Source: the human T2T-CHM13v2.0 reference genome, Homo sapiens. From it: a stretch of 64,000 nucleotides of DNA. Positions 42,004 to 55,325 of the stretch are shown here, in pieces (positions within the stretch are counted from its first letter, which is position 1; every line of letters starts with the position of its first letter). The notes under the pieces were generated by a model. That model made no database searches, was not told the origin of the DNA, and worked only from the letters and a program-made list of their open reading frames with translations. Location of the stretch: assembly GCF_009914755.1 (NCBI RefSeq), contig NC_060926.1. One strand, written 5' to 3'. A program made the translations under genes and the position numbers.

Positions 42004-42148
42004 GGCTGGGCATGGTGGCTTACACCCGTTTGCTCAAAACTTTGGGAGGCCAAAGTAGGAGGATCACTTGAGGCCAGGAGTTTGAAACCAATGTGGTCAA
42101 CATAACAAGACTCTGTCTCTACAAAAACTAAAATAATAATAATAATAA
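42004..42148 (+). mobile_element. FLAM_C-like monomer with (AAT)n tail
   Basis: GGCTGGGCATGGTGGC...GGAGGATCACTTGAGGCCAGGAGTT...TGTCTCTACAAAAA. Confidence 0.8.
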
Positions 42149-43159
42149 GTAACACATGTTCATACTAGAAAATCACTCATAAGCCTGCCACTCAGAGAGG
42201 ACTTCCATGAATTGCTTGGCGTGCTTTTTGGCCAGTATTCATTTCAATGCTTCTATCCATGTATCTTTCTCTCTCTCCTTATCTCTTAAAATCTTTACCA
42301 TCCCCTTTATACAATTTGTGTGTTGTTGTCTTCTATGATTTACCTTTTTGGTCTAATTACTTTTGCATGTCCTTCAATATAATTCAAATACATGATTTTA
42401 TTTTTGGCATAATGATCTCTTAGGCAGTGTTATAATTAAATCATTCAATTCTTTTTTCTTGGACATTCAGGTTATTTTTTTGCATGCAGTTTTGATGTCA
42501 TAGAAATCAGCACCTATTAAATATTTACTACAAGATAAATGAAATGCTATGTTCTTTACGTATATTACTTCCTTAACTGACTGTAGCAATTTATGATATA
42601 AACACTCTAAGTCCTATTTTGCAAAGAAGGCTCAAGGTTTTTCAGAAGACAAATAACTTGCCCAAGCTCAAACTATAATTCAATGGTGGAATCTGAATTT
42701 GAGCTTCCAAAATCAAAAAGCCAAGTTTTTACCCATGGCTATACTACCACCACACAGATACTTCATTTTTCAAGGACATTCAATTATTTTGCCTGCTTTT
42801 AAATTGATATAATAATCTTTTGGTTATTCTTTTAAGAATGCCATATATTCAATATTTATTTTCCCATAGATTTGCCATACCATCTTTGTCTTATATTAAT
42901 TAAATTCAGGACTCATTGGCTAGATTTCTAATTTGTCAATATTTTGATAATTACAGTGACTACAGGTTAATATCAGCAAAGTTACATTTCACCCCCCTCA
43001 CCCCTGCTGCTTCTCCTCCCCCAATAACTGTCTGTTTTCACTCGTTTAGATGAATCTTGAGTTTGTTTTGTTAAATTTCAAACCATTTCCAGCTGGGGAT
43101 TACATTGATTCTAGGAATTAATTTGAGAGCAATAAGTATTCCTTCCTTTAATTATCAAA

Positions 43160-43350
43160 TTCCTTTAATTAACAAATATCAATGGAATTCCTACTATGTG
43201 CTAGGCACCGCTCTGTAAGCCAGCTCTCCAGCAATGAACACGGCACACACAAACCTCAGTAACCACAGAGCTCACCCTCTTGTTGAGAGATTCTGAAAAT
43301 AAACCAGTAAGTAAATCAAATATATAGTTAGAAGATAGTGAGTGTTATAT
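43160..43350 (-). mobile_element. L2 3' end
   Basis: AACAAATAT...CCTACTATGTGCTAGGCAC...AATGAACA...GAGCTCAC. Confidence 0.65.
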
Positions 43351-43505
43351 CAGCCAGAAATAATGAAAAAAATTACTTCTATGTTCTAATGTTTGTATTT
43401 CTTTCTAGGCTTCTTGTCTCATGTCATCTATATTCTGGCTTCTAGAAAAAATGTAGGGCAGGCTACTACTGCTTGAGGACCAAATTCAGCCATCAATCTG
43501 TTTTT

Positions 43506-43652
43506 ACATTGTTTAAGATTGTAGTACACATAAAAATAAACATGACATAAAATTTACCATCTTAACCATTTTTTAAGTGCACAGTTTAATGGTATTAAAT
43601 ATATTGAGTGAGTTTTTTTCTGGATTAAAAAGTTATGATTATATATATATAC

Positions 43653-43713
<61 letters not shown>

Positions 43714-44539
43714 AAACATAAAATTTGCCATCTTAAATCTCTTAACTTTTACAGTTCTGTGGCATTAGGTACATTCACATTGTAATGCAACCATCACCAC
43801 CATCCATCTCCAGAACTTTTCAACTTTCCAAGCTGAAACTCTGTACCTATTCAAAACACTCCATTCTCCCTTCCCCCTAAACCCCTGGAAATCATCGTTC
43901 TTCTTTCTGTCTCCATGATTTTGAGTACTCTAAGTAGTCAAAATCATACTACTTAGAGTACTCAAAATCATCATATAAGTCAAATTCCTCATATAAATAG
44001 AATCACATGGTATTTGTCTTTTCGTGACTGGCTTACTTCAGAGTATAATGTCCTCAATGTTCATCCATATTGCAGCATATGTCAGAATTTCCTTCTTTTT
44101 TAAGACTGAATAATACATTTTGCTTATCCACTCATCTGTCATTGGACATTTTGGTTACTACCATGTCTTAGCAATTGTAAGTAATTGTTATGAACATGGT
44201 TGTACAAAAATGCTTCTTCAAGACCCTGCTTTTAATTCTTTGGAGTATATACCCAGAATTACTGGATCATATGGTAATTGTATTTTTAACTTTTTGAGGA
44301 ACCTCCATACTGTTTTTCACAGTGGCTGTACCATTTTACATTACCATCAACAGTGCACAAGAGTTCCAATAACTCCACATCCTCACCAACACTTATTTTC
44401 TGGCTTTTTTTTTTTTTTTTTTTTTGGTAGTAGCCATTGCATTGTAATGGGTGTGGGTGGTATCTCATAGTTGTGATTTGCGTTTCCCTAATAATTAATG
44501 ACATTGAACATCTTTTCATGTGCTTATTGACCATTTTAC
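43506..44539 (-). mobile_element. L1MB (MB2/MB3-like) 3' end with 13-bp TSD
   Basis: TSD TCAATCT(G/A)TTTTT at 43493-43505 and 44540-44552. Antisense ORF2 remnant [23 protein letters not shown]. Confidence 0.88.
43640..43712. repeat. (TA)n(CA)n microsatellite
   Basis: Seen directly. Confidence 0.95.
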
Positions 44540-44739
44540 TCAATCTATTTTTTAAAATAAAGTTTTATTGGAACAAAACCTCACCCATTCTTTAAAAATT
44601 GTCTCTGTTAGCACTATATTGGCAGAGTTGTAACAGAGACAACAAGGATACAGAGCATAAAATATTTACTATTTGGTCCTTTGCAGAAAAATTTTGCCTG
44701 TTGAATATTGTCTGGAATGTGGTATGGAATATTGCCAAG

Positions 44740-44923
44740 AACTAACTTCAGTATGCATTAGAGTCATCTGACAGACTTTTAAAAATTCTGATTGCTGCTC
44801 TGTGCTACTTTCTGGAGTTTACAATTCAATAGGAATCAGGTGGGGCTTAAGAATTTGCATTTCTAATAACTCCCAGAGGATGCTGGTATGGCTGGTTCAT
44901 GGACCACCTCTTTAAAACCACTG
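44740..44923. mobile_element. MER5A MITE
   Basis: GGTGGGGC..AAGAATTTGCATTTCTAA...GATGCTG...GGACCAC...AACCACTG. Confidence 0.8.
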
Positions 44924-45261
44924 ATCTGGAACTATAAGGAAAAGATAAATAGTGGTGTTGGTGGATATCATTATCTTGCTCCTGATTTTATTGGAAATAT
45001 TTCCAGTTGAACTATTAAAGAATGTTGATTATTGATTTAAGATAGATATTTTAAAATGTGAAAGAAGAATTCTACTATTTTATTCAGTGCTTTTTTGTTT
45101 GATTTTCTTTATTAAATCTAGAATGGGTATTTAATTTTTATCAACAATATTTGAATATTTATCAGAAAAATTCTGGAAGAAAATGTATTTATGTAGGCTG
45201 CATCATCCTTTTATTTGTATACTTATATGTGTGTGTGTGCGTGTGTGTGTGTGTGTGTGTA

Positions 45262-45750
45262 TGTTGACCAGGAGGGCCTTAACATTCCCCTCAACTTGAC
45301 TAAACTTAAGACAGATTTCTTCTTGTCCTTAGACTCTTAACTTCCCTTTTCTTAAGAGGGTTTACTTTAGAAAACTTGCAGTTGCACACTTTGCTCCTTT
45401 GAAATATGAACCTTCTCCCAGACTCTTGCCAGTTTTACAAACCAGGAATGTCTTTCTCAAGGACCTGAGAGCCATCTCTTTGAAAGATAATCATCAAGAA
45501 AGGCAGTGCTCCTGTCTTTCAGGCTTTGCAGGAAGTTAGGGACCTCGCTGGGCCCTTAGCAAACACAGAGGGCCTGATCTCAGTGACCAAGACCCTCCCC
45601 TCAAATGTCTTCCATCTTTCAGCACCATTTCACAAGCTCACCTCACTGCTTAAAATCTCTCTTGCCTTTGTTTCAATGGAGTCAATTTCAGTATCTCTCC
45701 CCTATTGCAATAGTCTTGAGTAAAATATTCCTGGATAGTGTAATTTTTTA
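45262..45750 (+). mobile_element. ERV1 solo LTR (MER67-like)
   Basis: CTTGACTAAACTT...TTTACTTTAGAAAACTTGCA...GTCTTTCTCAAGGACCTG...CCTATTGCAATAGTCTTGA. Confidence 0.65.
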
Positions 45751-48454
45751 CCAGGCACCAATCTATTTTACAAAGCATAGGAAGCATTATTTGCTGGTGA
45801 CAAAGAACAACAACAAAACGAAAACAAACACAAAAACAAAAAACAACTCTTTTTCTGTTTTAAACCAAATTTTGTATATATGTATTTCTTATCTTTTTGA
45901 TTTTATTGTACCCACCATAAGTTTGCTTTTGACAATTTGCAATGTGTATGCATATTAGTATTCTTCTCCCTTGAAAAGAACCAAGACGTATTTTTCCCAA
46001 TACATGACTTTTTTCATGTCTGTTTTATTTATCCAGTTTCCCTCAGTTTTTATTTACCTTCACAGGGCATATTTAACTTGCTAATGTTTGAATGCCTTTT
46101 TAAAAGAGTTCAATTTATATGGACTTCACTGGGGCACAGCTATAACTCACAGAGATTTACAGGATGTACTCTTAATCAATTTACACTGAAAATGCTATTT
46201 TCATTTTACATTAAATCTAAAATCTAAAAAATCCAGTGGAAATAAGATATGGGCCTTTTTCTTCAAATGTTATGTTATGATTGTTTATAGAATTACTATT
46301 ATAATGTTACATATTTAATGGAAACCATACACCTTGTCTTTTCAATATGTAGCTTCAATATGTAGCCTATGTTTTGCACCATTTTAAAAAGCAATTTTAT
46401 ACTGAACAACTTGTGTTTAAAGACCCTGAATGCTGAAATGTATTAATTCCACAAGAATTGCTTGAGTTTTTGAGCTTCATAATATTGCACCTAAAGCTAA
46501 AACAGATGCTGTTAAAATCTAGAATGATGCAGTAGGAAATAATTTGTTTGTTTCAGCTAATGTTTGAAAGAGTGTATTTGCTATTTAACTATGCCCCAGA
46601 CTGGGGGAAATATTGTTTTCCCTTATTTCCTCTCTATTGTTTTCCCTTATTTCCTCTCTATTGTTTCTTTACTTCAGTGTAACAATTACCAAGGTTATTT
46701 TTGTTATTAGTCTTTAACTTTTACTTCTTTAGCCTGCTAGGGAAATTAGGGGCAATAAGAAAACAAATGTCTTTTTTAATGACCATGAGTAAATTTGAAG
46801 GAAACTTTCATTAGGAAACCCATTTTCTGTGTCCATTTGAAGCTAATAGACATGTTCTAGCATTCAAGGAAGAATAGGCTCAGATTGTGACACCAGTACT
46901 TTTGCTCTTGAACTGCACTTACCCCCTAGTCTTAGTGGAGCCAAAATATTACTGAAATGCTATAAGGGAACATAATATGTAACTATTGATTCATCATTTG
47001 TTTAATTCTTTTTTTGCTGTTTTTGGTTCAGGAAAACCTGTGCTTCATATGTCATTATCTATTCTGATGTTCCCAGGTAGGATTGCTTCTACTGTTGGTT
47101 GAAGTAACTTCTTAAGGTTAACACTTTGTTTCCTGCACAGGAAGAGGATGACATCTGTTACCCCTAAACTGTGGCTAATCGATGACAGTTGTGATTGAAT
47201 ACCTTCTCTTAGAGCAAATCTACAATTCCATGGGCCCCTTGTTTCAGCACCACAGAGGTTGTCTTGTGTGGTTATTTTGAAACTAGTAAAATGTGATTAC
47301 TCTCCATATTGCCCTGACATGAAGGACCCTTGGCGTGATGCTTCCTCCTTGCATTGCAGTAACTGATGTAAAACCAGCTACCCTCAAAGACCCCACTTGT
47401 CTGCTAATTAAATAAAACTACATCTTGTGTTAAAATTCACATCCCCAAAATATTACTTAATATAATCATTCTTATTCACTGTATATTTAAACACATTTTT
47501 TAACAATTTAGAAACTTAAAAAGAAAACTTCCATTACTGAATCCCGACTTGTATAAACAAAAGTGGCCCATTGAAGGCACTAAATTGGGTCACATTTTAG
47601 CTTCCTAGCACTGCCAAAACTATACTCATTCGAAATTATGCCTACTTTAGCATTATAACATATCATCTGTATGTCTATGGATTTAATATTTTAGCAAAGG
47701 TTGACTACTTTCTTTTACCTATATAAATGTAGATAAGGTTGTTTTTTCCACACTGCTTTAAATGGAAACTTCCATTGTTTGGGATACATAGATGTTAATG
47801 GTACAACTGAAGATTAGAAAAAAAAAAGCCACAAAATATTATGGACTTTTATCCATGTACTGGCACCCACTAAAAAATCTGAGTAAAGCTGACTCTATGC
47901 AGTAAAAAGGAAATACGAAAAAACAAGACTGGAATCAAAACTCAGATTTTCTTGGCTCTATAATTAGAAGGAGATTTAGAGAATGTAAGGAAGATTAACT
48001 TTTTCACCATGTGGATTGACGCTGTTTAATGCCACGCCACCTAAAAGCATTTAGCACCTCCTGCAGTGAAGGAACACCAGTTTAGATGGAATCCTATGAG
48101 CATTATCAGAAAAAAGAGAGAAAAAAAATGTTCTATCGGCTCATTCTTCTGCCACTGAGAGAACAAACGAGTGAACCAATCTGAACCTGAATCACTTGGC
48201 TAATAGCTAGCAATAGCAGATTAGAGTTGGGAAGAGGTTGATTATAATACATGATGATGACCGGTAGGAGATTCAAAGAACAAATCAACATGTAACATTT
48301 GTTTTCCCTCTGTTATTTGAAATAGCCACTTGTAGGTTTGGAGACAGTAATAAGAAAAGCATTGGTGTAATAGTTTCTACCACAAAGAAAATAAAGACAC
48401 ATAATGAACTGTTTTTTTCATATTGTAGCAGGAAGATAATTACATTGAAAAGGA

Positions 48455-48999
48455 ACCATAGGAGACACATTTGTTTTGGTCTGCCCAGTGTATAGCCTCC
48501 CTCTTTAATAAGAATACCTCAGGTTTCCTTTGGATTACCACTGCTGACTTCTCAGTCACTGTGGATACAGCAAGGCTAATGCCAGTCTTGGCTCCAGGAA
48601 TCATCATGTGACCTAAGTCGGGATAATCACAGTATCACCTCCTCTGCACTCCACATCACATCCTCCAGAGAAGTACCACCTCCAGTGGTACAAAGATAGG
48701 CTCACCTGGAATTCTCCTAGCACAGTAGAGAAATGGGAGATCTCTTTCTAGGAAGGTTGGTGGGACAGTAACTTGTCATCATGGAGCTGCCAGATCACTA
48801 CATTGCAAGGACTGTCCAACACAAATCCAACAGATAAGAGAGCACAGCTGAGAGCTGGAAAGTGATTGACACCTGACGCTACTGTCCTAGATCCAGCTGT
48901 GCTGAGGCTTATCAGCCAGACCAAAGATTTTCTTCCATTGATTATACCACTTTGAGTTGGATTTTTGTTACTTGAAAACAAAATATTCTGAGTAATCCA
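48455..48999 (+). mobile_element. MLT1J/K-like MaLR LTR
   Basis: CATGTGACCTAAG...GATCCAGCTGTGCTGA...TTGAGTTGGATTTTTGTTACTTG...CTGAGTAATCCA. Confidence 0.7.
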
Positions 49000-49159
49000 G
49001 AAATATTGACAGATTTGAGAGGTTTCTAATATCCATAGTAGCACTTTCACTAAATCCATGCAGACTTCAATAATAACTGGCTGGAGCTATTGAGCCACTC
49101 TTTCTTATCCATCTCTCAACCATTGATTCTTCTTAAGTGGGGTAAACACATACGGTGTC

Positions 49160-49560
49160 CTTGGCATTGTTTTGGCCTTGAGAACACAAGGTTTAATAAG
49201 ACATGGACATGCCCCCTGCAGTTCAGAATTTAGTGAGAAGACAGACACACAAACATGCAATGGGAAAAGGATAGCAGATAAACAATGTACTGTGAGAGTG
49301 TGGAGGAATCGGTGTGTGACTGCCTAGAAGAGTCAGACAAAGCTCTGTAGAGGTGAAGATGACAGGGAGATGAGAGGAGCTAAGAATTTCCTTGGTGGAG
49401 AAAGATTTTCGGGGTGTTCTAGAGATAGCAGATGCAAAAGATTGGGAGGGAGAGAGAGAACATAAAAATGGTATGTTGAGGAATAAGAGATAGTTCAGAT
49501 GTGACTGAAGCATAAGAGGCATAATTGGTAATGGCTGGATATGAAATTGGACAGGTCTGG
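49160..49560 (-). mobile_element. L2 fragment
   Basis: AATAAGACATGG..CCCCCTG..GTTCA...GAGGTGA...ATAGCAGATGCAAA. Confidence 0.6.
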
Positions 49561-50333
49561 TCTTCTCTTTCTCATGAGTGGCTGTGCCAATTTTCACCTT
49601 TGTGCCGTAGATCATTTCAGTAGTTCTGATTGAAGTATCTTACCTGTTCCTCTCCACCTGACCATGTTATATGTTCTCTTCAAGGCCTACCTTTGATCTT
49701 GCCTAACCCAATAATGACTCCCCCACACTGTTCTCCTACCCAAATTCCTCCCTACTTCTCACATACTAGTCCTTGCAGGTTGAGGAAGGCACCCATTTAC
49801 TACCAGTGGAGAGGTAGTCATTCTGATAATGTTAATTGATGAACCAATTCCTGTCCCTGGTACTGCCATACTATTGGCAGTGAAATGGGCACACTCAGAT
49901 CTTGAATTTCCAGAGCCAGATTTGGAAATATACTAGCACAATGTAAGAGAGCCTTTGTGTACCTGAAACCTAGACAGAAACAGAGGAGTTTCACTTTTAT
50001 ACTGATGTAAATTCAGGAATGCTCCACCTGTCAGAGGGAGGGATTATTAGAGAATAAATGAAATAGTTAAACACTATGTTATATATGCACATATATATAT
50101 TTTCATATATTTGTATTTAAATATAAATACACTTATACATACCTTATACACTTTTACATATTGGTACAAGGTTTTATGTGCAAAATACCAATATCCTTGA
50201 TGCATTTTCAGGAATAGTTTTGACTATACACTATTTGTTTCTACTGCGCTAGAAACTTTGCAGTGAAATAAAGGGATACAAGAGGGCTCTGCAATTATGG
50301 GCCAATGGAATAAGAACTCAGCATTGTATAGGC

Positions 50334-50547
50334 CAGTGCAATCCAAAAGAATATTCTTCCATTAAAGAAATGTTTTACATTTGTGCTGTCCAATGTGGTA
50401 GCCACTGGCCACATGTGGCTGCTGAACACTTAAATTTGGCTAGTGTGATTGAGGGACTGAATTTATACTGTTCGTTAATTTTAATGAATTCTAATATAAA
50501 TAAAAATAGCCACACCAGGCTAGTGGCTACCACATTAAACAGCACAG
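50334..50547 (+). mobile_element. MER3 hAT MITE
   Basis: GCTGTCCAATGTGGTAGCCACTGGCCACATGTGGCT...AATAGCCAC...GGCTAGTGGCTACC..ACAGCACAG. Confidence 0.88.
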
Positions 50548-52544
50548 ATTACAGAATGTTTATGATGTTGATGTGGGATGATAATAGATGTCCAAAGGGC
50601 CCTGCTGTCCACTGACATGTTTGAATGTTTGTGCTTAGGCAGATTTGACCAATTAAAACTGCCTTAGGAGTACATATTACTTAAGGTTTTCCAGAGAAAC
50701 AATACCCAAAGGATATGTGTCCTATTATATATATAATATATTATTTTATATATATATATATACACATGCACATGTGTGTATGTGTGTGTGGTGTGTTTTA
50801 GGAAAACTACAACTACTCTATTCAAACTAGTTCAGTGTTTTCTTGGTTAAGAAAACACTGTGGGTTTTGTTACTGAAAGTTACTGAAAGGTTTTGTTACT
50901 GAAAGTGGGTTCTTTACTTTTAGTGAATAAAAACTATTAAATATAATGAACAGGTTAATTTTTAATGATACTTAGCCCTAGGCTTAAAGAAAATAATGTG
51001 GGGATTTGAATAACAAAGAGTAATGTATGTGCGATGTTTGACGTTTCCCTAATAAAGAGAAGAACCTGTAGGATAGATGAAAAAGAAATTGAAATCGAGG
51101 GTGGGGGACGGGGGGCAGAGGGGGAAACATAATAGCTAGCCTATCTTCTTCAAGTTGATCCAAAATTTGTCAGATAATTTAAAGTCAAAGTCATATGGTG
51201 AAAAAATTCTTCAGGCTATTTATATCAATTCACTCAACTACTACTTTTTTTTTTTTTTTTTTTTTTTTTTAAGCACATAGCACTCTTGTTCCCTGCAGTG
51301 AGCAAAATGAAGTCCCTGTACTCAGGGAGCTTACATTCTGTAGACAATCATCCAACTGCTCAAATCCAAATTATCAATCAAATGTATTCTTTAATGCATT
51401 TGCTTAAAAGAAAAATTACATCATTGACATGATTTTCAAACAATGACCGCAATGACTTGAAATATAAGATATTGATTTCTGTTTTCTTTTCTCTACTTCT
51501 TTGACTACCTGACATCAAAAACAGCAGAGAGCATAAACAGTAACTTCTCTAATGGGTAACTATAAATCCTTTCTTCTACTCCCTGAAATTTATACTTGTT
51601 ATCTCACTCCCCAGATTCATACCAAGCTGCAATGAAAGAAACTTGATTGTTTGATCTTTGCTTTGGCAGTGAGTAAATTACTCTCTCCTGCATTAACCCA
51701 GCTGGAATCCTACTTGTTCAAATTTCTTGCCTGTGATAGCAAAGGGTAAGAAATAAATTCGGGTAAATCTGAGAAATCTGACAGAAGGTTTTGGTTGAGA
51801 ATCTCATGAAAGCTCTGCTCTTGTATTAGGGAAAGAGCAGTGTCCAAGTGGCAGGGTTGGGCAGGAGAGGGCAAAGACGTCTCTCCATTGGAGGTGTTCC
51901 TAGTTTCCCTGTAGGCTTGAAGGTAGACCATGGATGTAATTTGGGAGTATGTTATATTTTGCTATCTCCCCAAAGAGGCTGATGAAATAACCCCACCAGC
52001 AGAGGCTGTGGGATGGTCTTTGGACAAGTGGCCAGGCTGCCACACTCTCAGCTATGTGAGAATCTGTGCATAAATCTATTTAAGTATCCAAGACCCTCTC
52101 ATTTATCAAAACATAAAAGTAGAAAATAACATGAATGAGAGAGTCACCACTAAGACATGAGTAGCTGGACCAGCCAGCATCAGAGAGCCCACGGCTATGA
52201 GGACTCCAATGGTGAAAATAGAGAAAGAAGAAGGTGGAAATATGGAATCAAATACAAACCCTCTGTGCATTTGTGTGCTGACAATCTCTTAAACAAATGG
52301 TGTAGTCCTTCTTTTACCAGCTGGTTAAGGGCTCTAGGCAAGTTTTGTGAAATTAAAAGCTGGGCAATAGAAACAGAATAACATTTTTGCTAATGGAGAG
52401 GGAGCTTTAAAGTGGGAATTTCGTACTGGCTAGAGACAGAAAGAATAGCTTAATTTGACCTCTAAAATTACTTGATCCTGTACAGTTTGCCAGAGTTGTC
52501 TAGAATAAATTGTCATTAGACATCCCTGGAGGTGGAGTGAGGTG

Positions 52545-52902
52545 GGATGTTAGGCTGCAATAATTCAGTCTAACAAACCATATCAAAATACAGCAGCGTG
52601 CATCTATTTTTTCTCACTCATGAGTCAGGAGTCACAGTGAAAGGTGTCATTTCAGAAGGCTGCAGGCAGTTTGGCTGGCTTGTTTGGGATGATTCTGTCC
52701 CACAGGAGAAGAGGTAGTGGCTACCAGAGTATGCTTTTCTTATGTGCATCTTAGCAGTACAGGAAGACAACAGGAATCATGGGTGCACATTTGAAATCTC
52801 TGCTAGCATCACATCTACTCACTGTCCAAAGGTCAAGGTAAATCACATTCAAAGGAAGTATGGGGCCTAAATATTTGCTGAATAATAACCCTATCTATGA
52901 CA
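52545..52902 (-). mobile_element. Old MLT1 LTR
   Basis: GTTAGGCTGC..TAACAAAC...TCACATCT...AATATTTGCTGAATAATAA..TATCTATGACA. Confidence 0.55.
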
Positions 52903-53864
52903 GGTAGAGACCCTTAGAATCAAGAAAACATTTAATTATTAAATACAATTATTTTTATTTATTATATTTGTTTATGACTGGTTTATACCTGCTTGATGTG
53001 CCTTATATCTATGTATTCACTGGGTAGTTTGGAATTTCCCTATCTTCAGCCTTATGGGGAGGATTTTGCTGCACACTACAGATGCATTGGAGTGTTGTTT
53101 TATCTTAGTTAGGAAGAATATAGCTGTCAATGGCTGCCAGGGAAAAAGGCTAATGAAAACACTGACAGAACTTTAAGTATAGCCCTGCTGATGAGTGGTA
53201 TAATACAGAAGGTTCTTTTTCTTTTTAATTTTAAAGGTAAATCAAGACTCCAAATCTTTTCCATGTTTGTGACAATTTCAGAATTGTGTTGATACACAAA
53301 TAAAGTCAGGAATGACTTACAAATCTACTTTTTTTTCCTAATGCTCCCTTCAAAATGGTGACCAAAATCTTAACATGCATATTCTTTGTTAAGTGGTTGT
53401 GTTTCTTTTCCTTTTCCTTTTAAAATATCTTAGTATACCGATAACCAGAAGAGTCTGATCAAGAAATACAGGTTAGACCTGCTTGCTAACTGTACTTTCA
53501 CCATGCAGAAGACCCCAGGGATCTTTTCACACACAAGTGTGGTGAAGCATTTCAGTGAAGTCAGGTGTCTAAAACCTTTAATGAAGGGATTATTGATATG
53601 CAGAGCTTCCGATCACATCCGCCCTTGTTGGATCAGATCCCAGAGGTTGTCAGGAAACAACATGAGAAAGATCAGTCAGGTACTCTCCTCTCTCTCCTCT
53701 TAACTGAGGCAGGGATCCGGATGCCTGAAACAAAGCTTCAAACAGCCAAGCTTCCTTGGGACCTGAATGCTGAAATCTCTTGGTGTCATTACACAAAATA
53801 AAGCACACATTTTTGGAAATGGCTTTATTGTAATCTGTTTGTTAAAAAAAATGGAAAAAGCAAT

Positions 53865-54080
53865 GAAGACCACGGATTTGGGCTTCTTCATATTTATATT
53901 CCCATCCTGCTACAGCTGCTAACATCATGGCATGATGCTTTTACAATTCACTTCCCTGTCAGTAAAATTAGAACCGCTTATATCTGCTCTTCAGAGTTGT
54001 TTGATATTTGAGCAGAGGCATGTAAAACATTTCATACAGGTCTTAGCATATTATAAATGCTCAATATATTATAACCATTA
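53865..54080 (+). mobile_element. MIR
   Basis: TCCCTGTCAGTAAAAT...CAGAGTTGT...CATGTAAAACAT...TAAATGCTCAATA. Confidence 0.6.
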
Positions 54081-54909
54081 TTGGTATATGGCCACTTCCC
54101 CATTAATTTGGTAATAAATCTCCCTCCAAACTCTGATCCATTAGCGTCGCAATTGTAAGATCAGGCACGCAGGGACTTTGATGGGCAAGCCTAGTGAACA
54201 TGCATCATTAAGCATTTTTATGATATGTTTGAATTGTAACAGAGCCAATTCCACCCTTGAGTAGAGACAACCTTGCTCTCCCCTTGAAGGGGATTTTGGC
54301 ATACGTATTTATTTCAGCTCCACCCTGTCTACAGGGCTCTGCTTCTTTGATAGAACTTGTAACTGAAGTCACACAGGCTTCTCTTCAGAACACCAAATCA
54401 GAGCTGCTCAGGTTGCAAACTCATTGTTATACCTAAAATTTCTGGCAGTTACTTGCATCCCTGGGCTGGAGGGCATAGACACTGGACCACTTGGATTATA
54501 ATCATCATCCTTGTATCAACCTATCATCTCCTCCCAACATCTGAAATAAAAAATGCATACGCATTTTTTAAAGAAAAACAGATTTATCTGAAACAGTTTA
54601 AAGAATTGTCATTGTCAGAGGTGAGTGAGAAGGCAAAGCTCCCTGTTGCCACAAGCAGTGGCTCCTAGAGTGCACTATTTCCAAGGACTAGAAACACTCA
54701 GAAAAAAGCTTTTTGTTACTGTTGTTTAGTTGTTTTTTATTGAAGCAGCAGATATTCTCAAAGCTTTTGTAATGCTTCTGTTCATTTTGAAACCCAAGAG
54801 TGGTTCTTCAACACTTATGGGGATCCATTTTTTAAGAATCAACTTTCCAGCATCAATGTCACTTTTTGGAGAAACACTGATGTACTGGATTATTCCTGGG
54901 AAAATGCTG

Positions 54910-55325
54910 ATAATCTGACCCCTCCCTTATTTTTCAGCCCCATATCTAGATATGCCTCATCCTTCCTGCCTCCATAACATTCTGCACCCCCCTTTTCTCA
55001 GATGGTTTATGGTCTTTGGCAGTTTGTGTATGTTACTGCTTCTGCTGGAGATGACATTTTTTGAACAATGTGGTGGTACCTTGATGCTGCTTAATCATCT
55101 CAACTTCTCCTGAGGCATCAGATGCTCAATGAAGCTTTTATGACTGTGGATCCCCACGGTACCCTCTATACTCTGTGACAGCACCTTTACAAACGTTTAT
55201 TGTCCTTATTTGTCCCCTCTGCTTTCTGAGTTCTTACTCATTCTGAATTTTCAGACCCAAGCTTGGCAGTGAGCACAAAGTTAGTGTTTATGAGATGTTT
55301 TATGTGTGACTGTATAAATTAAGGA
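54910..55325 (+). mobile_element. L2 fragment
   Basis: L2 3' motifs ending TCTTACTCAT...TTGGCA...GATGTTT. Confidence 0.5.

Larger units (their letters stand above)
43455..44702 (+). mobile_element. MER58A hAT MITE split by an L1MB insertion
   Basis: 5' part ..CCAAATTCAGCC..CTGTTTTT (43455-43505); 3' part AATAAAGTTTTATTGGAAC...AAAATATTTACTAT...GAAAAATTTTGCC (44540-44702). Confidence 0.8.

Noticed and set aside
50863-50906. GTTACTGAAAG x3 repeat
   Set aside because: Small slippage-type duplication with no further structure.
51246-51270. Poly(T) run as a processed pseudogene tail (also about 7628-7646)
   Set aside because: No TSD or recognisable body; the 51246 run lies within an L2-like remnant.
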